Positions 12,823-25,834 of a DNA stretch of 64,000 bases are shown here, one piece after another; the stretch's first letter is position 1; each line of letters starts with the position of its first letter. The stretch lies in assembly GCA_951406725.2 (NCBI GenBank), contig OX597817.1, positions 159,402,001 to 159,466,000 of the forward strand, written 5' to 3'. The DNA comes from Octopus vulgaris. Its lineage: Eukaryota. The notes under the pieces were generated by a model. It did no database searches. It was given only the letters and a program-made list of their open reading frames with translations, and was not told where the DNA came from. Position numbers and translations under genes: made by a program.

Positions 12823-12965
12823 CTTGGTTATATTCGACGGTGTGGCCACCGAGACTGCTTATTTTTCATGGAAGTGGGACGTCTCGCTCCAACAGGACAT
12901 GGTGAATTGTGGATGCAGGTGGAGGACCAAGCCACAGCTCGCAATATGCATGACTGTATTTTAGG
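12823..12965 (+). CDS. IRS: IRS exon C (C-terminal half of PTB domain); missing from the ORF track
   Basis: ctttcacttcag| then LGYIRRCGHRDCLFFMEVGRLAPTGHGELWMQVEDQATARNMHDCIL (IRS1 has IRRCGH...EVGR...GEFWMQV...AQNMHETIL); donor GG|gtgagt; phases 0 to 2. Confidence 0.95.
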
Positions 12966-13199
12966 GTGAGTTCTTTCATTTTCACTCCCTCAAAGCTGAA
13001 GATTTTGGTTGAGTCTTCAGAAACAAAATACCATATTTGCTGGCATATTAAAAGGTACCCCTATTTTATGAGTATATTTTTTGGAAAAATAATTTCGAGT
13101 TTCACTATACACTTACTGAAAGCTACTTCAAAGTGGTTTTGGTGGAGGAAAATGTATGATTCTGTGCAAGTAAATACAATGCTATGAGTGTACATTGGT

Positions 13200-13410
13200 T
13201 TCAAATTTTGGCACAAGGCCAGCAATTTTGGAGTTGGGTCTAAGTTGGTTACATCAAGTCCAGTGCTCAGTTGGTACTTATTTTATTGACCCTGAATGGA
13301 TGAAAAGCCAAGATGCCTTCAGCAGAATTTGAACTCAGAACATTCAGGCTGACAAAATGCCACTAAGCATTTTGCCTAGTGTGCTCATGATTCTACCAGC
13401 TCACCACCTT
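13200..13410 (-). mobile_element. SINE family X
   Basis: ggatgaaaagcc...gaatttgaactcagaa on the + strand. Confidence 0.75.
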
Positions 13411-13499
13411 GCTTTGACAATATATTGACATTGATAAATTGCATTATATGAATATCATATTTCAATTTGATCTTCTCTCAGACCAGTTGTATTGTTTAT

Positions 13500-14040
13500 A
13501 GCCCACTGGTGCAACTAGCCCACTTATGCATACCTTTCCTTCATTGGACACTAAACTCTGCTTGCGAAGACCTGTTGAGGCAAGTGAAATCGAAATCAAT
13601 TTCGATGACTGGCATCCATGCTAGTGGAACAGTAAGTGCACCATCCGAGCGTGATCGTTGCCATGTAAAAAGCACCATTCGAGCATGATCGTTACCTGCG
13701 TCGCCTTACTGGCACTTGTGCTGGTGGCACATGAAAAAACACTCAAGTGAGGTTGTTGCCAGTGTCACTGGACTGGCTCCTGTGCAGGTGGCACATAAAA
13801 AGCACCATTTGAGTGTGGCTGTTGCCAGTACTGCCTGACTGGCCTTCGTGCCAGTGGCACATAAAAGCACCCACTACACTCTCGGAGTGGTTGGCGTTAG
13901 GAAGGGCATCCAGTTATAGAAACTCTGCCAGATCTGATTGGAGTCTGATGCAGCGATTTGGTTCATCAGACCTCAGTCAAATCGTCCAACCCATGCTAGC
14001 ATGGAAAGCAGACATTAAATGATGATGATAATGATGATGT
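13500..14040 (+). mobile_element. Repeat family G
   Basis: repeated gtggcacataaaaagcacc units, ggaagggcatccag core and (GAT)n tail. Confidence 0.72.
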
Positions 14041-14088
14041 AGAAACTGTGATATTTTGTGTTACCACAATCAACCAAGTTGGCTATGT

Positions 14089-14265
14089 CAGCTGTACTCT
14101 AGGAAACAAGGTGGCTGTGTACAGCTGTACTCTATAGGTCAAAATTGCTGTGTATAGCTGTACTCTACAGGTTGAAATTGTTATACACAGCTGTACTCAA
14201 GGAGTTGAGAGTTATGTACAGCTGTGCCTAAGGGGTTCAGCTCACCATGTGCAGCTGTACTCTAG
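14089..14265. repeat. Degenerate minisatellite, about 33-bp period, six units with a cagctgtactc core
   Basis: cores at 14089, 14122, 14155, 14188, 14219 and 14252. Confidence 0.75.
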
Positions 14266-14732
14266 GTGCTGAGTTCTGTAAGCTTTTACCAATTGCAACA
14301 AGAACATGCAAACAGCAAGGGAACCTCTGTCGTTGCTCTACACTTTAGAAATAGTAGTCAAATCTTCCTCATATTACACCATACTATTTTGAGTTGGGAA
14401 ACAGATAAGATATGGTATTACATACCTTTACAAAGATGTGATGTTTAAGATTGCAATGTCTGTGATCAAGAACCTTGGCACTCAAGAATGACCTTTGGCT
14501 AAACAACAAGCTAATTAGTGTTTCTATAATTCGGTTGACTTGCTAGAAATAGCAGCCAAATTTCTTACTCTCATCACAATCATCAAAGATAGTCATGAAT
14601 GGATGTTGACCTGTGGTTAAATAACAATTAGTTGTACTCCAGAGATTGAGTTGAATCTGTACAGCTGTGCCCAGTGACCAAAGTAGCCAGACTCTTTCTT
14701 CTGACGTACTCCGATTCTACCTTGTTACAGTT

Positions 14733-15039
14733 TAATAATAATAATGAAATTATTGTATACAGTGCTCAGGTGCACCACAACTTGTCAGAAAGTGCATATA
14801 AAGTACATGCAGTAATGTAGAAATGTCTGGAAAGCGAACAATGTATGAGTCAGATACATGCTTGTGTGTGTATGGAGGGGAGAAAATCAAATGTAGTGTT
14901 GGCGAATCTCAGGAAGCATGGAAGTTTTGAAGGATACAGTGCTCCGACAACTAACAACTGATGCCGGCAGTTTGTTCCATGCTTCAGCAACTCTCAGCGT
15001 GAAAAAATGTTTCCTGAAGTCATGGGAGCTGTGCTGTTT
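14733..15039 (-). mobile_element. 3' end of a CR1/L2-group LINE, truncated copy
   Basis: near-identical to 28578-28884; (ATT)n tail on the minus strand. Confidence 0.85.
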
Positions 15040-15137
15040 TGAACTAAAGTTAGGTAGTGAGGACTAACTGATATTGAGATTTTCATATTGCTAATTAAAT
15101 GAACCCTGTTGAATTTTCTGATGGTTGGTAATTGCAG

Positions 15138-15329
15138 GGAGATGAAGATGCCCATCAGCAGCTCGGACAGTGGAAATTTCCGGAACCGCAGCAGCAGTAG
15201 TTCTGGTAAAACAGTTGTCATGCCAACTTGGAGTAATAATGAACATTCCTCAGAAAGTATCTCAATGTTTAGTTCTGATCAGTTCCAGTTTAACAGGTCC
15301 CGTACGGTTAGTGAAGGGCAACAGCTTAG
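15138..15329 (+). CDS. IRS: IRS exon D (Ser-rich, FRNRSSS and RSRTVS motifs)
   Basis: ttgcag|G GAG ATG...CTT AG|gtaagt; 192 nt, phases 2 to 2; resembles the IRS1 post-PTB segment FRPRSKS. Confidence 0.88.
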
Positions 15330-15650
15330 GTAAGTCTGGTTTTTTGTCAACATCTTTTTTTTTTTTTATCCTTTATTTGACAATTTCTGATCTGCTGGGT
15401 GACGATGGAGACAGGTTTTATAGTTGCTGGAGAGGCTGAGAAAGAATATGAAAAACAGATCTTTCAGTGCTATCCATGGTCTACATTGTGAAATGACCTG
15501 ATTTGGGTTGTGTTGGGGTTTAAGATTAAGGTTCAATGTGGATTTGTCCTTCAAATGGAGATTTCCAAACAAGATTTCTAAACTTGGTTCATCATACTTT
15601 GCTGGGAGTTTACAGGTGTAAATTTGCCAAGATATGAAAGTAGTAATTGT

Positions 15651-15849
15651 ATATAATGTGTGATGAATTCATGGAATGAAGTTCCATAAACCCCATCAAT
15701 TTTGTTAAGAATGGAGGAAACAAGATGTTGAAATTTATAAACTTTTTGTAAATTTTTAAACTTCTTATAAATTACTTGTTTCCTCCATTCTTAACAAAAT
15801 TGATGAGATTTCTGGAACTTCATTCCATAAATTCATCACACATTATATA
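15651..15849. repeat. Fold-back palindrome with arms of about 75 bp (probable TA-flanked MITE)
   Basis: 15651-15724 is the near-perfect reverse complement of 15775-15849. Confidence 0.8.
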
Positions 15850-15929
15850 TATATATATTGATGGATGGATGTGTGTGTGTGTATATATAGATATGTTTTT
15901 ATAAATATATATATATAGGTGTGTGTATG

Positions 15930-15969
<40 letters not shown>

Positions 15970-16319
15970 GTATGTATTTGTGTCTTTGTTTGTCCCCCCA
16001 CCATCGCTTGACAACTGAAGTTGGTGTGTTTACGTCCCCGTAACTTAGTAGTTCGGCAAAAGCGACCGATAGAATAAGTACTAGGCTTACAAAGAATAAG
16101 TTCAGCGGTCGATTAGTTCGACTAAAGGCTGTGCTCCAGCGTGGCCGCAGTCAAATGACTGAAACAAATAGAATACCCTTTACAAGGGAGATAACTCTGC
16201 TCGTCTTACTGTTAGAATAATAAAGGTTTCCTCTCTTAGTTCAGTATCCAGCTAAAAAAATTCTTCCAGTAAGCCAATCTGCAAAAACCATACTGTCCAT
16301 TTATATCAATAATTGTTTC

Positions 16320-16962
16320 TAATTAAGGCTCAAGCCCAGCAATTTTTGAAGGCTGTTTTGCAAGGATCATCGATCCTATTTCAAACATTTTATTTTATCA
16401 ACCCCAAAAGGTTGAAAGGCAAAGTTGACTGCAGAGGAATTTGAATTCCATGTATAAAGAACTGGAATAGATACTGTAGACAGTTTTTATTGATACTTTA
16501 AAAGCTATGTCTTTGAAACTTAGTAATAATAATAATAATTCTTTCTACTATAGGCACAAAAAGTGGAATTTTGTGGGAGGGAACTAATCAATTACATCGA
16601 CCCCAGTGTTTCACTGGTACTTAACCCTTTCATTACTGTATTTATATTGAGATGTTCTGTGTTTTTTTTCAATTTTAAATATAACAAAGAATTTAGTAAA
16701 ATAACTTAGTTATCATTAAGCTAGTGTTAGGAACATAAATTGTGACAAAGGTTTGGTGGAAGATTTTAATTCAAACCTTATGAAAACAAAACATTTGTAC
16801 TACATTTCAGCCGGGTTGGTAACGAAAGTGTTAATTTATCAACCCCGAAAGGATGATAGGCAAAGTTGACCTCAGCAGAATTTGAACTCGGAATGTAGCG
16901 ACAGGTGAAATACCGCTAAGCAATTCATCCAGAGTGCTAACGATTCTGCCAGCTTGCCACCT
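16320..16962 (-). mobile_element. Tandem SINE X copies, one interrupted by MITE E
   Basis: two aggcaaagttgac...gaatttgaa units separated by (TAA)n. Confidence 0.7.
16621..16834. mobile_element. TTAA-flanked MITE family E
   Basis: ttaaccctttcattac...gtaacgaaagtgttaa; homologous to copies at 17789, 39827 and 48950. Confidence 0.82.
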
Positions 16963-17788
16963 TAATAATAATGTTTCCTAAGATGCAGGCATGGCTGTGT
17001 GGATCAGAAATTTGGTTCCCCTTCACATGGTTCTGTATTCAGTCCCATTGCATGGCACCTTGGGCAAGTGTACTCTACTAAAGCCCCAAGCCGACAAGAG
17101 CCTTATGAGCAGATTTGGTTGACAGAAACAAAAAAAAGCCCGTTGCATATAAATATGTGTAATACATGTGTCTGTTATAAAGGATTGTCGCTGTCATGCA
17201 GGTGATGTAATTCATTTCCAATATTCTCTGAAAACCTGTCTAGCCATGGGGGAAATATTATCTGGAAATAGGTGAGGGTTGGCAACAGGAAGGGCATCCA
17301 ACTGGAGAAATCTACCTTGATAAACTCTGACCTATATGCGAGCAGAGAAAAGTGGATGTTGAAATGGTGATGGAGATAAACACAGGCCACACATTTTGGG
17401 ATGAATTTTTAGATTAACTTTCATGACTTACTATTATTTTATCAACCTCAGAAGAATGAAAGGTAAAGTCTTGATCCCATCAAATCTTTAAAAGGTTCTT
17501 AACTCCTTACCAGAAAACACTTTGTCTGATGCTTTTTCAATTCTGCAGATTCACTGTTCTTAGAATAATAAAGATTTCTTTCTAACATTGGCATTAGATA
17601 CAGAAACGTTCTGGGTTGGGTGTCGTGCCATCAACCTTAGTAAATGGTTGGTAATTATTCTATCAATCTTTGAAGATTAAAAACTAAAGTGAACTCTGGT
17701 GAGATCTGAATTGAGAAAATAACTAAATGCTGTAAGGTTTTGTTTTTTTTTGTCTAGTGATCTACCAAATCTGTCAGTCTGTTGCCTT

Positions 17789-18017
17789 TTAACCCTTTCA
17801 TTACTGTATTTATTTTGAGATGCTCTGTGTTTCTTTCAATTACTTTAAATATAAGAAAGAATTTAGTAAAATAACATCGTTATCATTGAGCTGGTGTTAG
17901 GAACATAAATTGTGACTAAGGTTTGGTGGAAATGTTGAATTCAAAACTTATGAAAACAAGACATTTGTACTAAAGAGCCAGAGCCGGTTTCAGCCGGGTT
18001 GGTAACAAAAGGGTTAA
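17789..18017. mobile_element. MITE family E
   Basis: ttaaccctttcattac...gtaacaaaagggttaa. Confidence 0.85.
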
Positions 18018-19071
18018 TAACAACAAAAACATAATCAGAATATTAAAAAAACAAAAAAACTGAGGAATTATTATAATTATATTTCTATTTTTTTATAACT
18101 ATCTTTCTCTTCATTTATATCTAAATTTGTGCTTCATTTCCTGATATCAAGGACACTACTTTCTTCTTTTTTTGTTTTTTCAATAAGTTTAAAAAATTTT
18201 TTCAGTGCATCTTAGTGGACAATGGCTTCATTTTACTCCCTGAGGAGTGCTAGCAATGTCAAACGTAATAGGTCTCCATATTGTAAAAGTACAGAAAATT
18301 TGCAAACTATAAGTGATGAACAGAATCTACAAGATACAAATCCACAAAAAAAAAGAAAGAAAAAAAAAAAATTGGTAAAACAAAACAAAAATTGTGAAAA
18401 TGTTGAGACCTTGTTTTTATGTTTAACATCTTTTTTTTTTTTATTTCAAAATTTCAAGCCAATATTAGGGTTCGTTTAAGGGGCTGGCACTTCAATGCCA
18501 GGAACTACAGTGCATTAAGTTCCTTCATTATCTCTCTTTTCTGTTGTTCTGTAACTACTGTATTTTGGTAGTTAGGGTTTCTTTATTTATTTACTAATTA
18601 ATAAAACATCCTCTGTTAGTGATAAACAGGTGAATGTATTTATTGGTTGGCAGATTACCAAACTTCACTCTACCATAATACAACACCAAATATGTTACAC
18701 ATCCTCTTTTAGTTGTTCAAGTTGGTTTGTTAATGATTCAGAATAAAAACAAATATGTTCCAGAAAGGATATAACCAACCAATAGGGAGATAGGAATTAG
18801 CATGCTGTCCTCTTCTTGGGTACCTTTAGCACACTGAACTCTGTTGGAAGCAATCTGACCTGACCCTAGTTCCACCCATGTATATACTTTACCTGTAAAT
18901 GTTACCTTGTTGATGTTCGGAGTAGACAATGGCTGCATCAATTTCACTTTTAAGAATGACTGCAAAACTTATGGAGACTGCATGTACTCCACTGATTAAT
19001 TTATTAAAAAGAAAACTATATCATTGATGAATCGCTGCCATAAAATAGCTAAACTGTTCTATTTCTTGCAG

Positions 19072-19188
19072 TCCTCGAAAAAATCGAATAATTCCTCTTG
19101 GCAACGAGAAGATGCGTCCTCAGAGCATGTACTATAAATCTTCCACCCTTTCAGGAGGCACATCTGCTCTCAGTTCCAGTCCCGTCAG
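19072..19188 (+). CDS. IRS: IRS exon E
   Basis: atttcttgcag|T CCT CGA...; reads PRKNRIIPLGNEKMRPQSMYYKSSTLSGGTSALSSSPV; donor AG|gtaaaa; 117 nt, phases 2 to 2, frame open. Confidence 0.8.
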
Positions 19189-20440
19189 GTAAAAATGCCA
19201 TGATACATTTCGTGTGTTGGCTGTGATGTTAAGGTGCTGGACTACTGACTTGACTGCATGAATGTTATATGTTCAACCCTTACTAGCAACAAATACAGCC
19301 AGCCACAATTAATTAGTGTTGTGTGCTGAGCAATGAACATAACTGTCCAATCTCAATGTACATTCTTAAAGAATCCCTAACTATTTCTCTGTTTTACTGT
19401 TAACAGAATAACAATTCAAGTCATTCTGTTAACAGTAACAGATCATTGATAGTCATATCATATGGAATGCACTGCTGTTAGAAGTGGGACCACCATATAA
19501 CTGTTGAGTGTTTTGTTAGCAAGGAGTATTGTATGTTACGGTCCTATAGTCTCCTTTTAGTTATAGTGTAAGCACTATTAAAAAAATATCTCCACAATAT
19601 TCTTGAGTGATTAAGTAATCAATAGAATTGTCACAGGCTTAATTACTCCCTCCCAACACCATCAGTCATAAAGTGATTGAAAATAAATACTCACACACAC
19701 ACATGCATATGCACACTCTTGTGTGTACACATTTTTATGCACATGCACTCTCACATGCATACATACTCTTTCTCACACACACACATACACACATAAAATA
19801 AAATATGAAGTGGTTTGTGATAAGAAGGGTATCCAGCTGTAGAAACCATGCCAAAGATAACATACAAGTAGAATGTGGTCACAGCACAAATTAACCACCT
19901 AAGAGGGCTCTAATATCAAATAAGAACTAACGGAGGGAAGAAGGGGACCCTTTAGCTCTTCCATATGAGATATCTTCTATCATACCAGAGACATAAAAAT
20001 TCACTTCAGTATCAGACATGCACTACAACAAAGGCAATCTGTTATCTCTGTTGCTGTGTGCATGCAGGATGATATAAAACACGTATCTAAACCTTACCAG
20101 CATGGGAAAAATGGATGTAAAATGATAATCTATTACACGCATGCATGCATATGCATCTACTCTTATACAATGTTTCTTTCTCTTGCATATCTACTCACAC
20201 ACTCTGGTGCATGCATGCATATGCACATACACCTCATGGTTTCTGATGAAAAACTCAGTTCTAGCTCAGAAAACAGTAGGGAAATGATGGCTTTAGCTAA
20301 AGAATTACTGATGGAAACTTTAAATATGATCTGAAACCAAATTTATAGTTGTCTAATAATGTAACATTGCACCACAGTTTAAATAGCAATGAGATTCAAA
20401 TGCACAATTTTCTCTTTCTGTATCTCTGTATGTCTCTTTA

Positions 20441-20494
<54 letters not shown>

Positions 20495-20870
20495 TTCTTG
20501 TGTATTCATGTATATTTTTTTTCTTTGTGGTAGAAAAATTACACAAGCAATGACATAGTTAAGTGGTTAAAACTAATGATGGAAAGCTCAAATTCAATAC
20601 CTTTAACTTCTATAATTAAGGTGTGTGTGTGTGTGTGTGTGTGTGCATGCATGTATAATCTGATGTTGTACATAGAACGTGATGATCAAAGAAATCTGAT
20701 TGGAACAGATTCTTCACAAAGTGTGTGATAAAGAATTTACTTAATTAAGCATCAAACTACATATAAAATTATCCAGAATATGTTTGCAAAGAAAAATCAT
20801 CAACTCAATGAAATAATGTCTCAATTATGATGAACTATAAAACGTCTGTGTACATAGTTTGAAATGTATG

Positions 20871-20904
<34 letters not shown>

Positions 20905-20907
<3 letters not shown>

Positions 20908-21013
20908 TATAATATTAGGGAGTATAACTCCAAACTTACAGGGAAAAATTCAATTTAGTATTAAATTTCTATCATTGTTTGAATTGCATAATAGTTAGTT
21001 TTATTTTCTCTAA

Positions 21014-21059
<46 letters not shown>

Positions 21060-21160
21060 ATATTAGGGAGTATAACTCCAAACTTACAGGGAAAACTTCA
21101 ATTTAGTATTAAATTTCTATCATTGTTTGAATTGCATAATAGTTAGTTTTTTTTTCTCTA

Positions 21161-21170
<10 letters not shown>
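20905..21170. repeat. Direct tandem duplication of a unit of about 115 bp embedded in (TA)n
   Basis: aatattagggagtataactccaaacttacaggg...ctctaatttata occurs at about 20910 and about 21058. Confidence 0.85.
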
Positions 21171-21238
<68 letters not shown>

Positions 21239-22104
21239 GTGTGTATTGCAAATACATATATTTTAGTACATGACAAATGCAATATATTTTATTGGAAATT
21301 CATTAACAAAAACCATAGGAATTACAAACAGTAAACATATACTGAATAAAATTTGGATATTGTGGTGTTTGTTGCATTGTAATAGCTTGATATATATATA
21401 GGGCATGTCATAATGATATTTAGATTACAGGGTTTCCCCACTCAGATTTGTCAATATCAAACCCCAATCTTATCAATGTCAACCACTGTTGTCTGCCTCA
21501 GTTTCCTTAAGTCACAGTTGCCACCTGTTTTGGTTTCATCATCGTTGACTTAAATGTCATCACTGTAAGAATTTTTATGAACAGACATCAACGTCTGTGA
21601 TTACTTGATACATAATTGTAAAAGAATGTAGATATTAGAAAGTTTTGTACTTGTTTACAAGTTTTGTATGATAAAAGACATCATTGCTCATCATTTAGTT
21701 TTCCATGTGAGCATGGGTAAGCCAGTTAACTGCACCAGGCTCCAGTCTGTTTTGGCTTGGTTACCATCGTTGGATACCCTTCCTAATGCCAACCACCCCT
21801 TAGAGTATAATGGGTGCCTTTTACATGTCGCTGACACTAGCCACGGCTCCAGTTTCATTTGGCTTGGCATGTCTTCTCAAGCACAACAAAGTGTCAAAGG
21901 TCTCGGTCACTAGATATCACTTCTGTGAGACTCAACATCCAAAGATCTCACTTCACCTCCTCATTCCAGGTCTTCCTGGCTTTAACCTCTTCCACAGGTT
22001 CCCTCCACAGTTAGATCAGCACTTCTTTACACAGCTATATACATACATATTGTATAATATGTAGTTTTGCAGCTAATATATTACTAAATATATATATATA
22101 TATA

Positions 22105-22532
22105 TCATCATCATCATTTAGCGTCTGCTTTCCATGCTAGCATGGGTTGGACGGTTCATCTGGGGTCTGTGAAGCCAGAAGGCTGCATCAGGCCCAGTCT
22201 GATCTGGCAGTGTTTCTACGGCTGGATGCCCTTCTTAACGCCAACCTCTCCGTGAGTGTAGTGGGTGCTTTTTATGTGTCACCTGCACAGGTGGCAGACG
22301 GCCACGGACGGATGGTGCTTTTTACGTGCCACCGGCACGGGGGCCGGGCTAGGCTGTCAACGGCCACGATCGGATGGTGCTTTTTACGTGCCACCGGCAC
22401 GGGGGCCAGGCGAGGCTGGCAACGGCCACAAACAGATGGTGCTTTTTACGCGCCACCGGCATGGGGGCCAGGCAAGGCTGGCAACAGCCACGAACGGATG
22501 GTGCTTTTTACGTGCCACTGGCACGGAGGCCA
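22105..22532 (-). mobile_element. Repeat family G with four internal tandem units of about 62 bp
   Basis: gatggtgctttttacgtgccaccggcacgggggcc-like unit repeated four times. Confidence 0.78.
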
Positions 22533-22691
22533 ATCTATTTATATATATAAATAGATTCAGATGAATATGGTGCTTAATTCAAAGGCACCAGAATTTTGTA
22601 TGGTATTATCCATATAAATCAAATGAGGTGATTATAATCAAAATAAGCAACAAGTACTACTCTACCTCGGATATCCTTGTTGCTTATTTTG

Positions 22692-22748
<57 letters not shown>

Positions 22749-23269
22749 TGATGTAAGGTACAACAATTTTTATTATGCAAAAATTTTTGATGATTTCATT
22801 TTGTTACAATTCTGCAGCAGATAACCACTCATGTTAATGTTTGTTCATAAAAAAAAATTGCTCTATCCCTAAGTGATGTCATTTAAAGGTGACAATAACA
22901 AAATTGAGGTAGATGACAATGTAGTCAAAAGTGAGGCTGACAATGACAAATTTGTGTTGGGAGTGACCGTGTATACATGCATGGAATGCATGCTACATTG
23001 ATTAAGAAATTATACTTCAGGTGAGTAGACTTTGTTCTGGGTCTCGTTGGGGAATATATTTTTGTTGTGGCATGCCTATATGAAATATAAGGAATGTATA
23101 CTGTTGAGGCAGATACCTAATATTAGTTTCAGCTTTTTCCTTTTACAATGCTCTTGTTTATAACACAAGTAAATTTGTATATATATATATATATATATAA
23201 TCAAAATAAGCAACAAAGATATCCAAGGTAGTGTAGTACAATTGTTTCATGCTACTTCAATTATTTTGA

Positions 23270-23835
23270 AAATAAATGTATTTTTTCAGACATATTTTTT
23301 AATTGTTTTATTTTACTATGTTTTGAATGGTGATTTCGAGGTATATTTCAAACCTTATTTATTATGAATTTTAATTCAATAATATTGATTTTAAATTACC
23401 ACTTTGGGCAGAAACGAGTTAACCCGTTTTTTTTTCATAAATCATATTACTTTTACAAAAAAATCATGTTATTTTATTTGATTATCGACATGGTGGGGTT
23501 ATAATATAAAGGTATAAAAAAAACAACGTAAAAGCAAAGTGAATACTTCTATTCATAAAATGTGCCTTCCAACCCTTCGACTGTCTCCAGGTGACTAAAT
23601 CATACTCGGTCTTCAATGCCTTACTCAAGCGAAAGGTGGCAGAAATCGTCTCTGCCAGACGTATAAAGTGAGTGAATATACTTGTATATGTCAAAAAAGA
23701 GTTTATAATAGACAAAGGAACTCGTTTGCTGTCGATTTTGGCGAGTCTATCTTTTGACGAGTTAACTCGCCAGAGATAGAAAAAAACGACTTCGGTCAAA
23801 ACGCATATATTCGTTTCTGCCGGGTAAGGGGTTAA
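23270..23835. mobile_element. Terminal fragment of a piggyBac-like element
   Basis: ends cgtttctgccgggtaaggggttaa; internal inverted copy ggcagaaacgagttaacccgtttt at about 23407. Confidence 0.4.
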
Positions 23836-24247
23836 ACACTGTAAGTATTACATCAGTTTTAAAATGTCGAGCAATCTTCAGCCACATATAGAATTTTTCA
23901 ATTAAACTGACAATGCATATTCTTATATTTATTTTCTTATTTACTTATAAAATGAAGTAGCATGAAACAATTGTACTACACTATCTTGGATATCTTTGTT
24001 GCTTATTTTGATTATAATCACCCCGTTTGATTTATATGGATAATACCATACAAAATTCTGGTGCTGTTGACTTAAGTACCATATTCATCTGAATCTAAAT
24101 TTTGCTGAACTTTATATATATATATAAAATGATGATATATATGTATGCTAAATTCTATTATAGCCTTGGTTTTTGTATAAGACAATCACTCAACTTCTTT
24201 CATACATTTTATCGGTGTTAAATTCTCATTGCTTCTTTCTCTTTTAG

Positions 24248-24373
24248 TCATTATGACTACTACCCACATGTAGGACACAGGTTACGTTCTGACAGCACCG
24301 AATCCCATGGATCTCGTAGCAGTTATTCCGCTGAAAGTTGTGCCTCAAGTCCAGCTGTGGAAATTCCTATTGG
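24248..24373 (+). CDS. IRS: IRS exon F
   Basis: ttctttctcttttag|T CAT; reads HYDYYPHVGHRLRSDSTESHGSRSSYSAESCASSPAVEIPIG; donor GG|gtaagt; 126 nt, phases 2 to 2. Confidence 0.82.
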
Positions 24374-25834
24374 GTAAGTAGATTTTTTTTTTTTTATCAT
24401 CTTTTTTTTTATATAACTATTTATCCCAGGTCAGCCTTTATCAAAGGTGATCCAGCTGTGACCATTTCATTTTGTTTTTCTAGTCATATATTTTAACGTG
24501 ACATTCGTTCCCTGAGACAACAAAACATTCAGAGGTTTTCTTGTTGACCTCATACTATTGTTTTCTGTATATGTGGTTATATAAGCTGTCATAACTTATC
24601 GTCTGGCTTATATAAGCTGATACAAAGCTCTTGTGTTAGTGTGTCTGTATAGACTGACAAACCTGTTATCTTCATGTGACTGTTCAAGATGGCCTATAGC
24701 TGTTCTCTTTGTAGGCTACAGGATGACCATTAGCTGCTGCCTTTTTGTGATCATATTGGCTGAACAACAACTGTTGTCTTTTAGTGGCTGTATAGGCTGG
24801 CCCATAGCTGTTTTTGTCAGATTAACTGTAAGCTGTGTTAACTGCATGCATGTATAGGCACACACACACACACACACACTGACCCACACATGTGCACAAA
24901 CAAACAAAAGGGAACGCAGTGTAAATAACGGACAGTCAAGACTATTGAAAAGGTTGCAAGAGGCAACGAAAATTTCGGGAAAATAAAAATAAGAAATAAG
25001 TGAAAATTTTACCAGTGAATGTGTTACATCATAAGGTACAAAAAGAAAATGACTCTCCCCAGACACAATAGAATATGCTTCAACACACGAACTCATATAA
25101 AGAATCTTGCAAACCAAATCCCAAAACGAAATAACTGTAAATATTCTAAGGTGATCTAATTCCCTGCCTAGATTAACACCACTTCCTTTTGTGAAGTCCA
25201 CTCTTTTGCAACGTATTCAGACCAGCTCTCATTATATTAATGTATTGCTGCCGACCGCTGTAACCTTACAATCATGTTTTCTTTCCCTCAAACAGTCCGT
25301 TCAAACGGTCATGGAATTTCCTCTTCCCTGTCTGAACCATATATTTTTTTTTATGTCCGTAGGGCCATTTATTGTTGTCATATGGCTGTATTGATTAAAT
25401 TAGTGCGGTGTTAGTAGGATATCTTAACACTTCAAAGATCCTTCTATCTGAATTCCTCTGGTTCATTTTAATTCTATTATCTCTAATTGCCTCAAGTAAA
25501 CAACTATGCCACTACTAAAAGCAATAAAAATAGAAGGAAATGTAAACCAGCTGTGTTTTACATGAGTTACCTACCCTGGCTGTTGCAAGGAAGATAACTC
25601 TATTCATCGATTCGATTTAACGTGTATTCTTGTAGATGTGTGTGCGGGCGCACACACACACACTCAAGTTTCTGGAGATTAAAAAAAAAATTTTAACTAG
25701 GTTTGTATAGAATTTCTCTTAAACAAAAAAATTGGATAAGGAGTTCCAAACTGAAAAAAACCACGATCACTGTTATTAGCTCTTCCCAAAAATATGACAT
25801 CACTTAATACAGTCGTTCCAAGAAGTGTCACAGC

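Noticed and set aside
14089-14265. CRISPR-like pattern of constant cores and variable spacers
   Set aside because: Eukaryotic intron, 11-bp cores, mutually related spacers and no cas genes; it is a minisatellite.
18205-18479. Possible extra IRS exon or alternative start (MASFYSLRSASNVKR...)
   Set aside because: The nearby acceptors lead to immediate in-frame stops and the only phase-compatible donor (AG|gtctcc) is weak.
25180-25400. Minus-strand KYMVQTGKRKFHDRLN resembling a GIY-YIG motif
   Set aside because: A single degenerate motif; too weak to call without a search.
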